A stretch of 64,000 nt of DNA from Phoronis australis (taxonomy: Eukaryota > Animalia > Phoronida). Under the pieces are notes generated by a model. The model worked only from the letters and a program-made list of their open reading frames with translations, had not been told where the DNA came from and did no database searches. Both the position numbers and the translations under genes were made by a program. The stretch lies in contig NMRA01000188.1 of assembly GCA_002633005.1 (NCBI GenBank), forward strand, positions 665,872 through 729,871. Direction: 5' to 3'. Below, piece by piece: positions 1 to 13,798 of this stretch (positions within the stretch are counted from its first letter, which is position 1; every line of letters begins with the position of its first letter).

Positions 1-2874
1 CGAAGCCCAATTTAAAAATGGTAATATTATTTTTGTATTAGTTTAAATAGTTTTAAATCTGTCGGAGGATCAAGTAAACTTGACTTCAGTAATCGTAAAA
101 TACATCTTGACTTATGATCAAGTCATTTTGTTGTAAATCATCATTCTCATTTTTTGAAAAAGCAAGTATATGAAAATTACAATTTCTTGTTTTAACCTGT
201 TAAAATGGAAATAATTATTTATGAAATGACATATTGGGCATTTTGTTTTCATAAACAAAAATCTACTCTACCTATGAAAATTAAAATAAATTTTATTGAA
301 ACAATTTGATAAATGGCTTGCTTGTTGTTCATATCTGCTACGTTTCTTTTTTAACGTCACTAAATCACATGACCAAACAAACGGCTTCTTTGAAGTGCCT
401 TAATACGTGGTGGGTTAGATTACCATGTTGGTAAATGTTTAGATCTGGACACGTCCAAAGGACGAGATACCAACATCAGACAGAGGTTCCACAGTTTGAG
501 CGGAGTTGGCCGCAGTTTTATGCCTTCTTTGGCCACACGCATGTTTTTCTTTGAAGTCAGTTTTCCCTTACATCTTTCCTGATAAATGTTTACGACATAA
601 ACGTTTACTTTATGTCTTCCAACAATAATTGGGGGAAGAGGTCGGGTCACGTGATATCCCGATCGTCGCCAAGGTGGCACGCGCCTGGTCTCGCTTCTAA
701 GGATGAGGAAACTCGTCTCGGTTTACACCTTACTGTTTATCTTTAATTAAACGCGTTAGAAATCAATAGAAATAGTTTAACATTAAGTGCATCTCAGGTA
801 CTGGAAAGACCATGCGGTATCCAATGAACAAAAAAAGTTAAATTCATTTATTAATTAGTATTTTATCATTTTGTCAAAACCGTGGAAATCTTAGAAATGT
901 CACAACCTCCATTTATCATATGAATATTATACAAAGTTTGCAAATTATTTCTTTTTAAGAATTTAATTATCTTAATGTCGTGACTTGTACCAATGTAACG
1001 AATGTATTTATCAACAAAAATGGTGTGATACTATAGTCGTTCTAATTTCGTGTTGTCACCGTTACCTTAAAATCTCCAATTGTTAGGTCAAACGTCCGAT
1101 GTTTACAAATACCCGACCAGGTACTAAATAGCCACATTTTTGTTCATAATTATGCGATGACATCGCATACTTTAGATTTTGAAATCCCGAGATAATTTCA
1201 ATCAGAGCAGAGACGCTCCGTGGTTCGGTATCCTAACGATTCAAAGCAAACACAAACGTGTGGATTTCGGCGATATTTATTAGTTCTCGTTGACGACCGA
1301 TAACAGTCGATCTAGTTCCATGGAACATTGAATTGTCGTGTATTATCAGAACATATACATCAAATTTCCGACATATCAAAGCATGCCGATGGGTGGGCGG
1401 TTAAACAAGTGTCCCTCGGCAATTAAAAGTGTACTAATTAAACCTTGGTTAACCACAGTGTGTTTACCGATACGTAACGAATAAGCAGCAACCGCTGAAC
1501 AGTTTTGAAGAAATTTAACATTATTTTTGTTGATATGTGGGCAATAGTCACTTACAGCGGTCCCGCATTTCGAGAACCATATTGATACAAGTTATTCAGC
1601 GGAGAAAGCCGGTTCTCAAAATCTGGAACCATGTAATGATGACTATTACCCATATTTGTGTGCATTGTAAGTATTTAAATTCGACGTTCATTAGCCAAAG
1701 ATAATGACTATCGATGTGTCAATCATTTGGCATTTAATATTATTGAATTTTTAATATCAATTATTAAAAAAGTAATTCTCGAGTGTTTTCCGTGCGCGCC
1801 ATATTTTCAAAAAATGATCAATCGGACCTATCTCATTAGTAAGTCGTGACCGCGAGGAAACCAGCGACAAAAAACAAATAAAAATGACTACGAAATACAA
1901 CTGGAATAAATTAAATGACGATTAACAGTCCATAAAATAAAATGAGCGAAGAACTCCGACGCGCAGCACAACAGTGGTTTGCCGATATACGTCACAGGTA
2001 ATTCGCAGAATTCCTTGACCACGACACATTCCACATTCCCGAAGTAAGGGCAAACTTTCGAACATATTATGATATGACGTCATGGGTGTCGCGTAACGAC
2101 AAATTTTATGTGACAATATGACATCTTTACATAGATCAGTTTTTATTTCGCCAAGCGGTTTATCAAATGAGGCATATTTTTGTTTCGTACACAGTCAACA
2201 CATTGTGATTTATGAGAGTTGTACATAAATGATACGGGATCATAAGTTTGTTTAAACTAATGCGTGTTATGAAGATATGTTGTGGACACATAACAAGACT
2301 GCCATTTATAGAAAAATTATAGTTTAACGATTTCCGCTAATCCATATTACCAGTTATAGTTTAAGTGAACCACGTCACAAACAAGCATTATGTAACATTT
2401 AGATATTAGCAATAACTTAAAACATTTATTTGAGACGACGCTAACAAGAGTATCAATTAATAATCAACATAAATAAAAACTTCTTAAATTATATCATTAA
2501 TTATTTCCGCAACAATGTATCATATTCATTACGTCACATCTTAAATATCAATTGTCATATAGTGTTTGATTTTACTTTATTTCTGTTTCTGTTGACGAAG
2601 GACGTTATTATATCCGAAAATTTCAGTTGACCCATTCTTGTTGTTCTATTTACCTATATATAATCAACAAACAAATTAATGACATAACAGATGATTTCAA
2701 TTATTGGCTGTGCGTATGAATACATTTTCATTTTCTCACTAGGAATAGCGTGAAAATAAATGCGAATGTGTGTCTGAGTGTTGAACAACTTGATCGAAAA
2801 CTAAAAACTTTGATTACTGTCTTTATTCTAAATTTATTTGAAGTCATTTTGATTCACACGTATTGTTATTTCAG

Positions 2875-3131
2875 GTAAAACAAGAACAAAAGACAAATAT
2901 CGCGTAGTGTATAGTGACCACCAGCGCTTGGAGTTGGAAAAAGAGTTCCATTATAGTCGTTACATTACCATACGGAGGAAAGCGGAGCTCGCTCAAGCTC
3001 TTGCTCTCTCAGAAAGACAAGTCAAAATATGGTTCCAGAATCGACGGGCGAAAGAGAGGAAACAGAATAAAAAGAAAGAAGACGTTAATAAAAATCCGGT
3101 GGTTTCCTCAATGGCCGATCTGCAGAGTTAA
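2875..3131 (+). CDS. Cdx: Cdx/caudal ParaHox transcription factor, homeobox-containing terminal coding exon (upstream exon(s) lie outside the window)
   Basis: Acceptor ttatttcag|GT at 2873-2874, phase 1. Translates (G)[69 protein letters not shown]...[23 protein letters not shown] and RRAKERK are diagnostic of Cdx. Confidence 0.97.
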
Positions 3132-4530
3132 TGCTAACATGTGCGCGACCTGGTGGCCGAGAATCAAAATGCAATATCTCTATCTTCGCGGACAATCGGT
3201 GATAAAGAGAAAAAAGCAAGTATTCTTGATACAAGTTAGAAAATTGTCCTTTTTATTTTGATATTTCCATGACAAACAACTCAAAATACATGATGCGGTT
3301 TGACACATTTCAAAGCAAAATCTGTTATTCGTGCGATTTTTAGTTATTTTTACACAATGGTAAATTGTGGCCAGCGAACATATTGCAATAAGTTGTACAT
3401 ATTATATCTTTAGACTAAGGCACAGTCTCCATGGCCTCGTGTTGTAATTATCTGTACTTTATCATCTTGGTTTTTGTAGATTATTCCAGAAAAAACATAG
3501 AACCATGTTTATTCCTTATCTCTTCAAACGATATTTGACACGGTCTCTCTTTCTCAATTCGTACGTCAGAGAAGCCAATTAAGAAACGAAACTGCCAAAG
3601 GAATCTAAGTGAACCTTTGTTAACAACACTTTCACCAGACAATTTGCTGTTGTACCCGGATGACAACGAATCTTTTGATGAAGCATAAATATTTGGAAGC
3701 GACAACTTCGCTGGAAATACGTTCGTTAATTCTTTATCCTACTTCCCGAATTCAGACGTTATTTTTCTCAGTTAGAATGTTACAGAAATGTTGAAAATGT
3801 ACATCAAGACCCGGATGTGCATCTTTCAGTTGTCATGACGTCATTAGATAGGAAAATTTCAGGTCAAACACGGCTGTATATTCCATACCATGAGTTTATT
3901 CTCTGACGACGAGTACGATCATGTCTATGAAAAGACCGGGGGAGGACCACGTTGACGATCGTGATTTGAAAATAACGAAACTTCTCAATGCAAATCACGG
4001 TATTTGTTTTGTTTTTGCAAATTATTGCCGCAATTCTCGCGAGAAAATAAAGGAACACAATTGGTTTAGAAATTTCTCTGATGCGCCAAATATACATTCT
4101 GTCTACATGATAAGATTCTAAAGTCCAAGAGGTTGTTTTCACATGGCTTTTAGTTTTATTCTTCTAAATACTGAGTGCCGCTGATGGCACATTTTGAAGC
4201 GCTTCGCGTTTCAACGTTCTTAGAACAGTCAACACATTTCTAAGATTTACTAAGTTTAAGTGTGAACAGCTTCTCCCAAAAAGTATTTTGTGAATATAAA
4301 TTCTCTCATGGTGCTAAGTGATTCCTTTTTAGCATATCGTAAAGTAAGAGGGTGAGTGAATTCTAGTCCGTGTAGTTACTATTTATTTGAAATATTTAAA
4401 CTGTGGCAGTGTATTTTGACAGATATTGAAACTGTTTTTGTGTATATACTGTATGACCAACGAGGACCTGTAAGATTTTTGTCTATTTAGAAAGATATTT
4501 AATGTAAATAAATGTACATTGTATATATTA
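3132..4530 (+). other. Probable Cdx 3' UTR ending near an AATAAA poly(A) signal
   Basis: Follows the stop at 3131. AATAAA at 4507-4512 is followed by GT/T-rich sequence (tgtgttctgttttt). The end point is inferred. Confidence 0.5.
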
Positions 4531-7500
4531 AATGAACTGTGTTCTGTTTTTAAACCGTGTAAAAATGCCTTTTTATTGCATTATCCGGAATCGTGTTTAA
4601 CATAATCAGTGTTGGATTAGCCAAAATAAACTGAAACTTTGGGCCTCACACAAAATAGAGGCACCGTCTCGTAGGCACAATGGGCTCTCGAAAGTTGTGT
4701 CGACCAAACAGGGTACAACTGTACGTACGTATGTGTGTACGTATACGTGTATATTTATACGCAAAGACGATATCGTCATGCTAAAATTGTATGGAACGTG
4801 TTTGAAATTTGGTGTGAAAATTTGGAAACTGAATATCCGAAAAAGGAATTCATAAGACGACACAGCATGCACTGAATAATAAAACAATTGATAATTAGTA
4901 TCAAAATAGTAACTGTATATATTATAATAAATAATAAATATATAATTGAAACTAAAAACCACAATAACAATATGCTATCAATAAAATGATAGTAGCCTAT
5001 TATTGTTGTCGTTGTTTTTAGTAAATATGTTTATTATTATTTAAAATATATGTCATTATCATTATGATAGTAACAAGACGAGAAATATTGGCAACAATTA
5101 AAGACTGAGAGAGTTGGTATAACAGTACTCGATGTGGTAACATGCCACACGCCTTCAATTACATATTCTTGCACACTCAAAAACATTTTAACTGTTATAA
5201 GTTGATTCTAATTTTGCCACCGTAGTCAATGATTTTAGCATCATATCGATTGCTACGCAATGCCGAAGGTGAACTAAACAGTGAAAAACTTTAAATGAAA
5301 AAACATTAAGTATTGATTTTATAGGTAGAAGTACAAATCTCCAACAAAAATTAAGTTTTGATATGTTTTCTACCTCAGATCAATGAGATAGTAAGAGGCC
5401 GACATTTTGAAATGTAACAATTAGTTTCAAAGAGTTTAAAGAACATAAAATTAAGCATTGCTTTTATTGACATGAGTATGTCCAATATTAAACTCAATTA
5501 TTTGTTGTCTCGTCCAGATTAAGGAAATCGCCAGTGGCCGACATTTTGAAATGTAAAAAACATTTTGAATAAAATAAGTACACTTTAAATATTTTATTTA
5601 TCCTATGCTGTTATCAAAATTCTTGATAAAAAACAATTTTTACTCATACTCAGACTGGGGGGGNGACTGGGGGGGGGGGGCGGAATTGAACGATCCGCTG
5701 ATTTTGTTAACCTAGATTCAGAAATATCCATCTAGAATTTTATTCAGTACGGCGACTAATAAATCTCAATCAGTGCAAGACTGGAATATACATTAAAAGC
5801 AATAGTTTCTATACGCGAATTAAATCTTTCTGTATAGCCAATAAAAGAGCAAAAGGGAAATATCTCCCGCTACCTCGCTAGTTGTCGCGTAATGATTTGT
5901 GCCCACTCTGGCAGTGCAAGGACGAGGTCGGAAAATAACAGATGCTTGCGATATTAAACACACATGAACAGTTATGAGGTACACTTCATATAGCTCATAT
6001 AATACACTACCAAGACATTTGTCCGATTGAAATTTTACCGCAATTACAAAGAACGCTTTAATTGATGTGCTGTGAAGTACGCCGAATTATTTTCTTGGCC
6101 AAAGTCGGTTGGCCAACAAAATAGCACGGGCCAACCATCCATGCAAGGCTCTTACTATGCAGTTATAAAACCTTCAGTTTGGCATGTTTAATGACATCAT
6201 GACTTGTCGCACAACCCTGTAAATGTAAATTTAAATGTTTGTGTCTAAACATATTCTACAATTCTTAAACAAACTAAAATGTGTGTTATTGGAAGGAAAA
6301 CTGTTTAGACAAAAAAAAAAACGTCCCGTCAGCCATGTTTATTAATGCAAATTAGGCTTCGGTCGCTGGTTATTCTGAGAAGCCGCTAGGTCTACAATTG
6401 TGATGTACTTCGACAAATCACAAGTTAAGGTTTATTGTAAATGTTCGAAAAAAATCTTTGATGTCTTGCCGTTCCATTTTTTATAAAATTCAATTAAGTT
6501 CTGTTCTATTACACCATTGTTTTTAAAGATTTTTGAAACAATTCTTTTTCGTGAATTTCAACCACAAAACGCGAATTCAATTTTTCGAATAAATTCATTT
6601 TATAGTTTAAAAATTAATTCTTGAGCTTTTACAAGTTTCCACGTCTCAGTATGTCCACAGCGGAGATAGGGACACGAGTAAAAACGCTGCTGATATGTCA
6701 CTTTAGGGCTTGCGCGGACATTTTTGCGTTGAAAATTGTGGTTTTCCCCTTTGCGGCATCCGGCCTGATCGGCCAATGGTCCATTTCAGTCACGTGTATT
6801 GTTTATCATCTCCCATGAGAACATTCGAGTGCGCGTGCACTATGAAAATCGCCACGAAGCCGCACAGATGACACCGTCGCCTTTAAAGTCAATCTGGGTT
6901 CATAATTTTATTGAGGCGTAATAAAAATTTTACGACTTTGGATTTCCATAATTCTCGCCGCGACTGACTAGTTTATGATACTTCAAATCCTGAAGAGTTC
7001 TTCACATACTTTTCGAACCACTCCATGAGAACGAACTGGTGCTCGCTGACATATGTCGTTGTTTTCACGAAAGTCAACGTGAGATAGCGTCAGTTACACC
7101 CGATTAGCAGGGCGTATATCCAGATAATTTTCGGCTGTTACAATGACCAAGTCTGACTAACTCACCACTGTTCTAAAAACAAGTAGTCCTTCATGAATTC
7201 TGATGCAAGTTCAGGTGATGATTTAGTTTTGAAGTAGTGCATCACAACCTATCCGGCAGAACTGAAGAAACAATGCATTTCATTAGTTAGAAATTAAAAA
7301 AATACATACAGAGCTGCATATTACCAAAAGTTACAGTTTTAGTAAAATCTAAAACTCGTTCAAAATTTTTATTTTTTTAAAAGGAAAATACTGTATTTTG
7401 TGAACCGTGACACCAAATCTCTTTACAAAGCGGTCAAAGAGAAGAAAAGTAAATTTATATCCCAATACAAAAATATTTTTCGCTTGAACCATTTTCCATC

Positions 7501-10500
7501 AATGGTCTGATGAGAGCTTGACTATAGTCAGTCTCATCAAAAGTTTGTCTTGTTGGCCTTGGCCACGGACTCCTGGCTAAAATAATTTTTATCAGTGAAC
7601 TAGTTGCTGTTATGAATAGAAGTTAATAAAAGTCCTCTCTGTGACAGATTGTCATTAAAAGTGAAAACGGAACTCAGTAAAGGAACATTATCTGCCAGAA
7701 GTCTGTCAAATTCAGCGCAGAATCAAATCTGCAGCTTCCGCCGTCGTAGTCTAAAGCTTTATGCTGGCACAGTTAAACCCCACTAAACAAAAGGCAAATT
7801 ATGTTCATAATACTTAGAATTATATATAGCTCGTAAGTCATCAGCATTGATTTCAGCGAATGACTGACAGACAACGGCGAGAATTGGCGATCTGAACTTA
7901 AATTACAAAAATATTACGAATTTTGTTGTTTTATAGCCATAGTAAAAGCCAACAACTCACAGAAGTTTATGATCATATTCAACAATATTCCCAAAATGCG
8001 TTTTTCCGACACAAAGCTAGCTGAAAATGCCCTTTTAAATAAAACAACCATGAATGTAAGAATAGAAAGTTATGTTTGTCAAAATGTGTAAGCAAGACAA
8101 CTGTTGCAAATTACTTGACACTCCACCTGACGACGTTTCTTTAAATGATAACAGGTAAAACCTGTGCCAAGCCTTAAGTTTTAATAGGATCGAGGCAGAT
8201 TGGTCTTTTCACCGACAGGAGAAAGCGTGATATATCAAGATGTCATCTCCAAAGTTGTAAGACAACCCATGGGAAAAAACAAACTCAAACAATTGCCAAC
8301 GACTAGGCCTACACTGATGTAATGTACTAAAACTTGGGGAAACAAGAATTCATATGCATATTCAGTAGGAAATTCTTGACAATTTCATATGAAACATACA
8401 TATCTTATTGTTTCTCATTTTTGTCATAGGCTGAGACATGATGAGAAAACACACTACTAAGAACCGTGAGTCACAAGATAGTTCACAGCAGTTCAGAAAG
8501 ATGGGTTTAGTTTGAAATATTTTAGGTGTGTTCCATCCCCTTGGGACACTGAATCGTAAAATTACCGAGCCGTCTCACAAATTTGTCCCCTTGACATAGG
8601 CTTTCACCGTCAAGAGAAATTGAAGTATCAGCTGCCGTTGACTTCAATCATGTCATGAGAGCATATTTACTGAGCGTGTCCCCAAATTAAAAATTTCGGT
8701 AACCGGGTTTTGACAAGAATTAAAATCACGGCACGTGTCTAATTCGTTCGCAACCCCCCCCCCCTTATTAACCTCAATGAGAAGACGATCGAGGAAAAAC
8801 GATCAGAACACGGTAACCGACAGGGGATGGATTGAACGATTCGGGGTCCCGCACATATAGCTTCAAGCAACGACCTCCTGAATTGAACCCACTGAGAGCC
8901 CTGACCAGCAAACCAAACACGCCGACTCCACACGCTGGTACTGAAAATCAAAAGCTCTATACTTGGTGACCTTGGGTCAAACACGGGGACCATACTCAAA
9001 GGCTTGGTTCGCGTCAGTGAGGAACCTGGTCATCGGGCATGAAGTGTCACCGGGTATGGAGTATTTTCGGCGCAGAACTAAGTGGGATGCGGGGTCTGCA
9101 GTTCGTAACGCAGTTTTGTTGTTTACTGCCAGACCCGAGAGCTTTAGTCTCGCTTAGGCATCCGGGCCCTGCCTGGGCGGAGCAACTGAGCAATAACTTG
9201 TGGATTCTAAACTTATTAATTCAGTGTCAGAAAAGCTTAGCTCAGTCAAGACAATATCGCTACTTTTTGTTGCATAACCTCGCATTAAGAACATTTGATT
9301 TAGACCGCTTACCGCTATAAAACTGGAGCCTTGTCCTTACTAGGACGAGAGGTGGCGAACCGACAGTTTGTTATTCGTCGCATGCAAATGACGCCAATAA
9401 AGCCAACTCAGAGACCGTTTTCGAGCAATAACGAACCGTGAATTCCTCTCTTGCTTGACAAAGTGGTCTATAACCGCTCTAACCCGCGCTATCAAATGTG
9501 TCCAATTGTAGTGAAAAACCGAACCCTGTCAGTATTGGTGGCTTTTCGACTGGACGACAGTCCGTCAGTGTCATGCAGTGGAAGATGGATGCCAGTAATA
9601 CTTTGTCCGACTTCATGAAACCGCTTAGACATATTTTGTGTGCCTGACCATGCTAGTTCAGGACATGTATTTTAAACAATTGTTACGAAAGAAATATTTC
9701 AATTTATGTCAACCCCAAAACCGAAGTCGCACAAAACGTTGATCCAGAATTTCACAAGGAGCACACATGTTCGTTCGAAACATGAGTAACTGAGTTCTTT
9801 TGGGTGATCCTTATGTTTGCTGACTGTGAATTTTGACTTCACTAGATTCGTCATTGCCTAGTACCACGGCAGATTTAGTGGGGGCCTTTAGTGAGCACGA
9901 CCAACCGGCCCTGTCCTTTAAAAATTGTAGTGGCCAGAGACATCAAAGGGACGGTATTCCAGTGGTATGAATAACTATAAGTGCAATAAAACAAAAGAAC
10001 GAGTTTCAGAACTATTGTAATGAGACATCTATACAAAAAAAACAACACATTCCCCACTTTACAATAAAACATGAAACCTAAGTGATCTCACAGTCAAAAG
10101 TACACCAATCAATCAACATTACATCTTAATTACTTATTGGAGTTCTGCAGTTTTACACCCACAGACAGCAGGGCCTGTACACAAAGTATGGTTAATCATA
10201 ACCTAACTGGTGATTCAAATAATTTATGCTAGTCTGGGAAATACAAACTTGTGATTGGCTGGTGTTACACAGCCTTGTGATTGGCTGCTGCTAAGTTATG
10301 CAAACGAGTCCCTATTGATGTGAACTTGACCCCAAACTCATGGGACACTTTGTCAGACTCAGTTTACCCTACACACCTGCTCATTGAGTTACCCTGGTTT
10401 AGAAGTTGTTTAAAATGTCCTATTGAAAAAGACAATCTCCATAATTCAGGGCACACAGTATATACCTAAACACAAACAGTCACAATTCATGTTTCAGATA

Positions 10501-10633
10501 TACTTTTTCTTTTCCTTTCAGGAAGTTAAAACAGCCTGTTGCTAATTTAAAAATAGATATTTTATAAATTACAGCGGGTAGTACATTACCCTCTCTACTT
10601 GCAAATTCCCTTAGTTAATAACATATTAGCGCC

Positions 10634-10778
10634 CCGAGTTTGAAATACAGGCTGGTCCTGGGGCCAGCGGAGTGCGGCCAGGCCAGTAAATTAAAAGTTA
10701 CTGGCTCGACTGCCACGAGGCTGGCCTAGGACTAACTGTACCAGTGGGCCGGCACATTTATTTGAAGTTCGAACACTG
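10634..10778. mobile_element. hAT-like MITE with 8-bp TSD
   Basis: TTAGCGCC on both sides (10626-10633, 10779-10786). Imperfect TIR ccgagtttgaa / ttcgaacactg. Confidence 0.6.
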
Positions 10779-11680
10779 TTAGCGCCATTCCATTTCTTCG
10801 ACCAGTTTGTAAGAAATCCACAGGAAATTCAAAAACTAATTTTAAAAATTCCATTATATTGCTCATTTCGAAAAAAAACGTCATGTCGAAAGACTATTTT
10901 TGGGAATAGAAATTGACAAAACAGCTTCCGTTTAAATTTATTTCAGGCAATACGTTTTAACAAAGGCGAGACAGAAAGCAGATACCGATGAAAGCCAATC
11001 TGCCATAGTAGGCTCCTAATAAAGTAAGTAAAGACTGTCACATATGATTTCCATTTTTTTCATGAGTACAGTCTTAAATTACTTTATTAGACAGAATACA
11101 TTTTAAAAACAAACGAATTGAATAAGTTCACATCTATACACAGTTCACTTTCGATAAGTACATTAGAACTCTATTTTTGGATTGCTAAGAAGTAAATATT
11201 CTACAAATATTGTAATTCTAAACACTCCACTTGGTCTGTTTCTGGTATAGTATTGGCAAAGGCTTTCAAACGTTAACGGAAATAGAGAAGCAATTAACAC
11301 CAACTAGTCCACATCAAATAAGAATTTCTAAATTGAAGAGTAGATGAAATGAAAATATGATAATTATTCAATAAACTTAAATCAAAAACACCCTAAAGTT
11401 TCTACGATCAGGACACAGTCACTGGATGCAATACAGTTTAGTATAAGACAACACAACAACAAGACCCTGAGTCATACTTCATCACATCAATATGATCCAC
11501 AGGCATTTTCAACTTTGCGCGACTCAACAGGTTGATGGGCAACTGGCAAACTCTGAAACAGACAAAATAGTTTAACTTATTCAAATACAAAGTTGGCAAA
11601 CATCATATTTCAAGAAAAGGACAATTGGATTCATATGAAATTTTCAGATCCCTTGTTTTATGAACTGTACCCCAGCCCAA

Positions 11681-12084
11681 TGTTAGAAATTTCTTTTATC
11701 ATGTCCCACTTTTGCATGAGTGGCTATCAAACATAGGACTTTTACGATTTTTATGAAAAAATTCAAAAGTTGCATAAAATAAAAATGAAATGATAACTTA
11801 GAAAACTGTGACAGCATTTCTGAGATTTTACCTTGAAAATTTATTATATCAGATGCAAATGGGGCACATTAATGACATTGTTTCTTTGCAGAAGTACTGA
11901 CAATTGTATTTTGTTGAATTTTACTAAAAAGACATGGTCACATGACCCAGTTAATATCATATAGGTATCAAGTCAAACACCAAATTCTACATGATTACTA
12001 CATTTAGAATATACACGCTAAGCTAAAATCTCTAGTTTTATAGATATTAAGCAGATTAGTCTGTACCGACCTACATAACCTTAA
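11681..12084. mobile_element. Dispersed MITE-like repeat, copy 1 (related to 18281-18634)
   Basis: Shares cccacttttgcatgag..gctatcaaa, tagaaaactgt and ctacataacc with copy 2. Ends in ttaa. Confidence 0.7.
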
Positions 12085-12831
12085 TAATGACACACGGACA
12101 CTATAAAACCTGTCGCTATCTCTTAACCTTTTTAAAAACACATTATTGGTTTTAATGGGAAGGAACACATCTCTCAAGTACGATGACCTAAATCTGATTC
12201 TCTCTCGTGAAATACTTTAAACGCTCAAAAAACATAGCGGCTACAACAAAAATTGAAAGGCGAGCAAATTTTTTAAGTGATATCATGGCCAAGAAGTGTT
12301 TTTTCGATCATCCCCAAAGTAGAATCCAACTCACAGCTTGAGCGGTCACAGTCCAATGTTTTGCTGGCGGTAAACCCACTTGGTAAATGAGTATTTTAAG
12401 CATACTAAATTGGTAAAGTTACCAGCCTTGATATGAGCAAAATGAATGACAGCAAATGGTGGGAATTTGTAATAAAATCATAAAAAACGCATTTTGTTGT
12501 TTCGTAGTTTTGGTCAGAGCTAAGAAATTCAAAAAGTACATCTCATCAACAAAAATCCCCAATTAATGGAAAATACGGCACAAAATCAAAAACTTACTAC
12601 TTTTTGGAAATATCTACTTTTTACCGAGTTATAGTTTTGCAGATATTTAGCTAACTGTGGACCTGTCTTGCACAATCTTACATCAGCTTGAACTTAGACA
12701 ATTTGAAAACATCTGTATACAACCTGGTGTTAGTGTGCCCATTCTGGCAAATAAGATATTACTCGGCAGTTCCAATGCTTACTGTAGACAAATCAACCTA
12801 GACAACAGTTTGAAGTCAGTTTACTGGATGC

Positions 12832-12955
12832 TTGAACAAGCCTTCAGTGGTGAATCCCAAAGAACCCCCAGTCTCTTGTCCACCCATTCATTTGAACAAG
12901 CCTTCAGTGGTGAATCCCAAAGAACCCCCAGTCTCTTGTCCACCCATTCATTTGA
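12832..12955. repeat. Perfect 60-bp tandem duplication
   Basis: ttgaacaagccttcag...cacccattcat occurs twice (12832-12891, 12892-12951). Confidence 0.95.
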
Positions 12956-13798
12956 GCTTGCCACAATCCTTTAATCATGACATTTCTGTTTATAGCTAAA
13001 TTTCTGTGGCCAGTAAAAGCCAAGCATCTAACAAAAAATTGGAGACGTGAATGAGTAAAATGCACAAAAACATAGATAATGAATGGGAAAAAATTTGCAC
13101 AGAACATCAGCTTTTAAAAATTAGTGCGAAAGGTGCACCTTTCTCAGGGGTAATCCAGTAATTTACGGTTTGTTTTGACATAACGTCTTCCAACAGTAGA
13201 TAACTGAACCAGGTCAACGTTGAGCTTCACAATCAACGGTCTCCTCTACTAGCACAGGGAACAGTTCGCGTCGGCTTGATTTACAACTTCTGATAAGTTG
13301 CTAGTCTGGGTAACTGAACCTGACTACAGCTTAATAACTCGGTAAGAAAAATAAACATTTCACAATCCCAAGTATGAAGTTAATAGAAAACTGTAACTTA
13401 TCGGCTGAAAACATCCACACCCCAACATAAAAGGATTACAGTACATTGTTTATATTTGAGTTAACTGTGATAGTCAATAGTCTTTAACACAATTTCATCT
13501 TGGTATAATACCGTAAAAATAGCATTTTATGGGCAAGTGAAAGGTAACAGCACAAAACTTGGCGCAACAATCAAGCCATAACAGTTTATGCTTATACCAT
13601 TAACCCTCAGCTCAGCTGAGCACAACCATAATTTTAAAGCCATGCACAGTGCCGTCTTTGAAGTAGTTACTTTTGTCTGAAGCACATATCGTAAATTTTT
13701 TAAACATCGCGTGGTAGCAGTCTTGACTTTACATGACTATACTGTTGATGAAGTGAAACCCATTTAGAGAGCTTCTGAGAATAGATTTCTTGTAATTA

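Noticed and set aside
388-2814. TCF/LEF motifs in the Cdx intron (388, 1240, 1375, 2808)
   Set aside because: Biologically plausible because Cdx is a Wnt target. However, four dispersed CTTTGWW matches in 2.9 kb of AT-rich DNA is close to chance expectation.
2914-3261. 115-aa ORF overlapping the homeobox
   Set aside because: An alternate frame of the Cdx exon with no recognisable features.
5653-5681. G-runs as a G-quadruplex
   Set aside because: They are duplicated contig ends around an N, so the run structure is unreliable.
7507-7540. CTGATGAG hairpin as a hammerhead ribozyme (a similar motif occurs at 24347)
   Set aside because: Both lack the GAAA core at the required position. The 7507 sequence is a simple imperfect palindrome.
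9470-9490. CTAACCC as a telomerase RNA template
   Set aside because: Only 7 nt match the TTAGGG complement, and no pseudoknot or H/ACA context was recognised.
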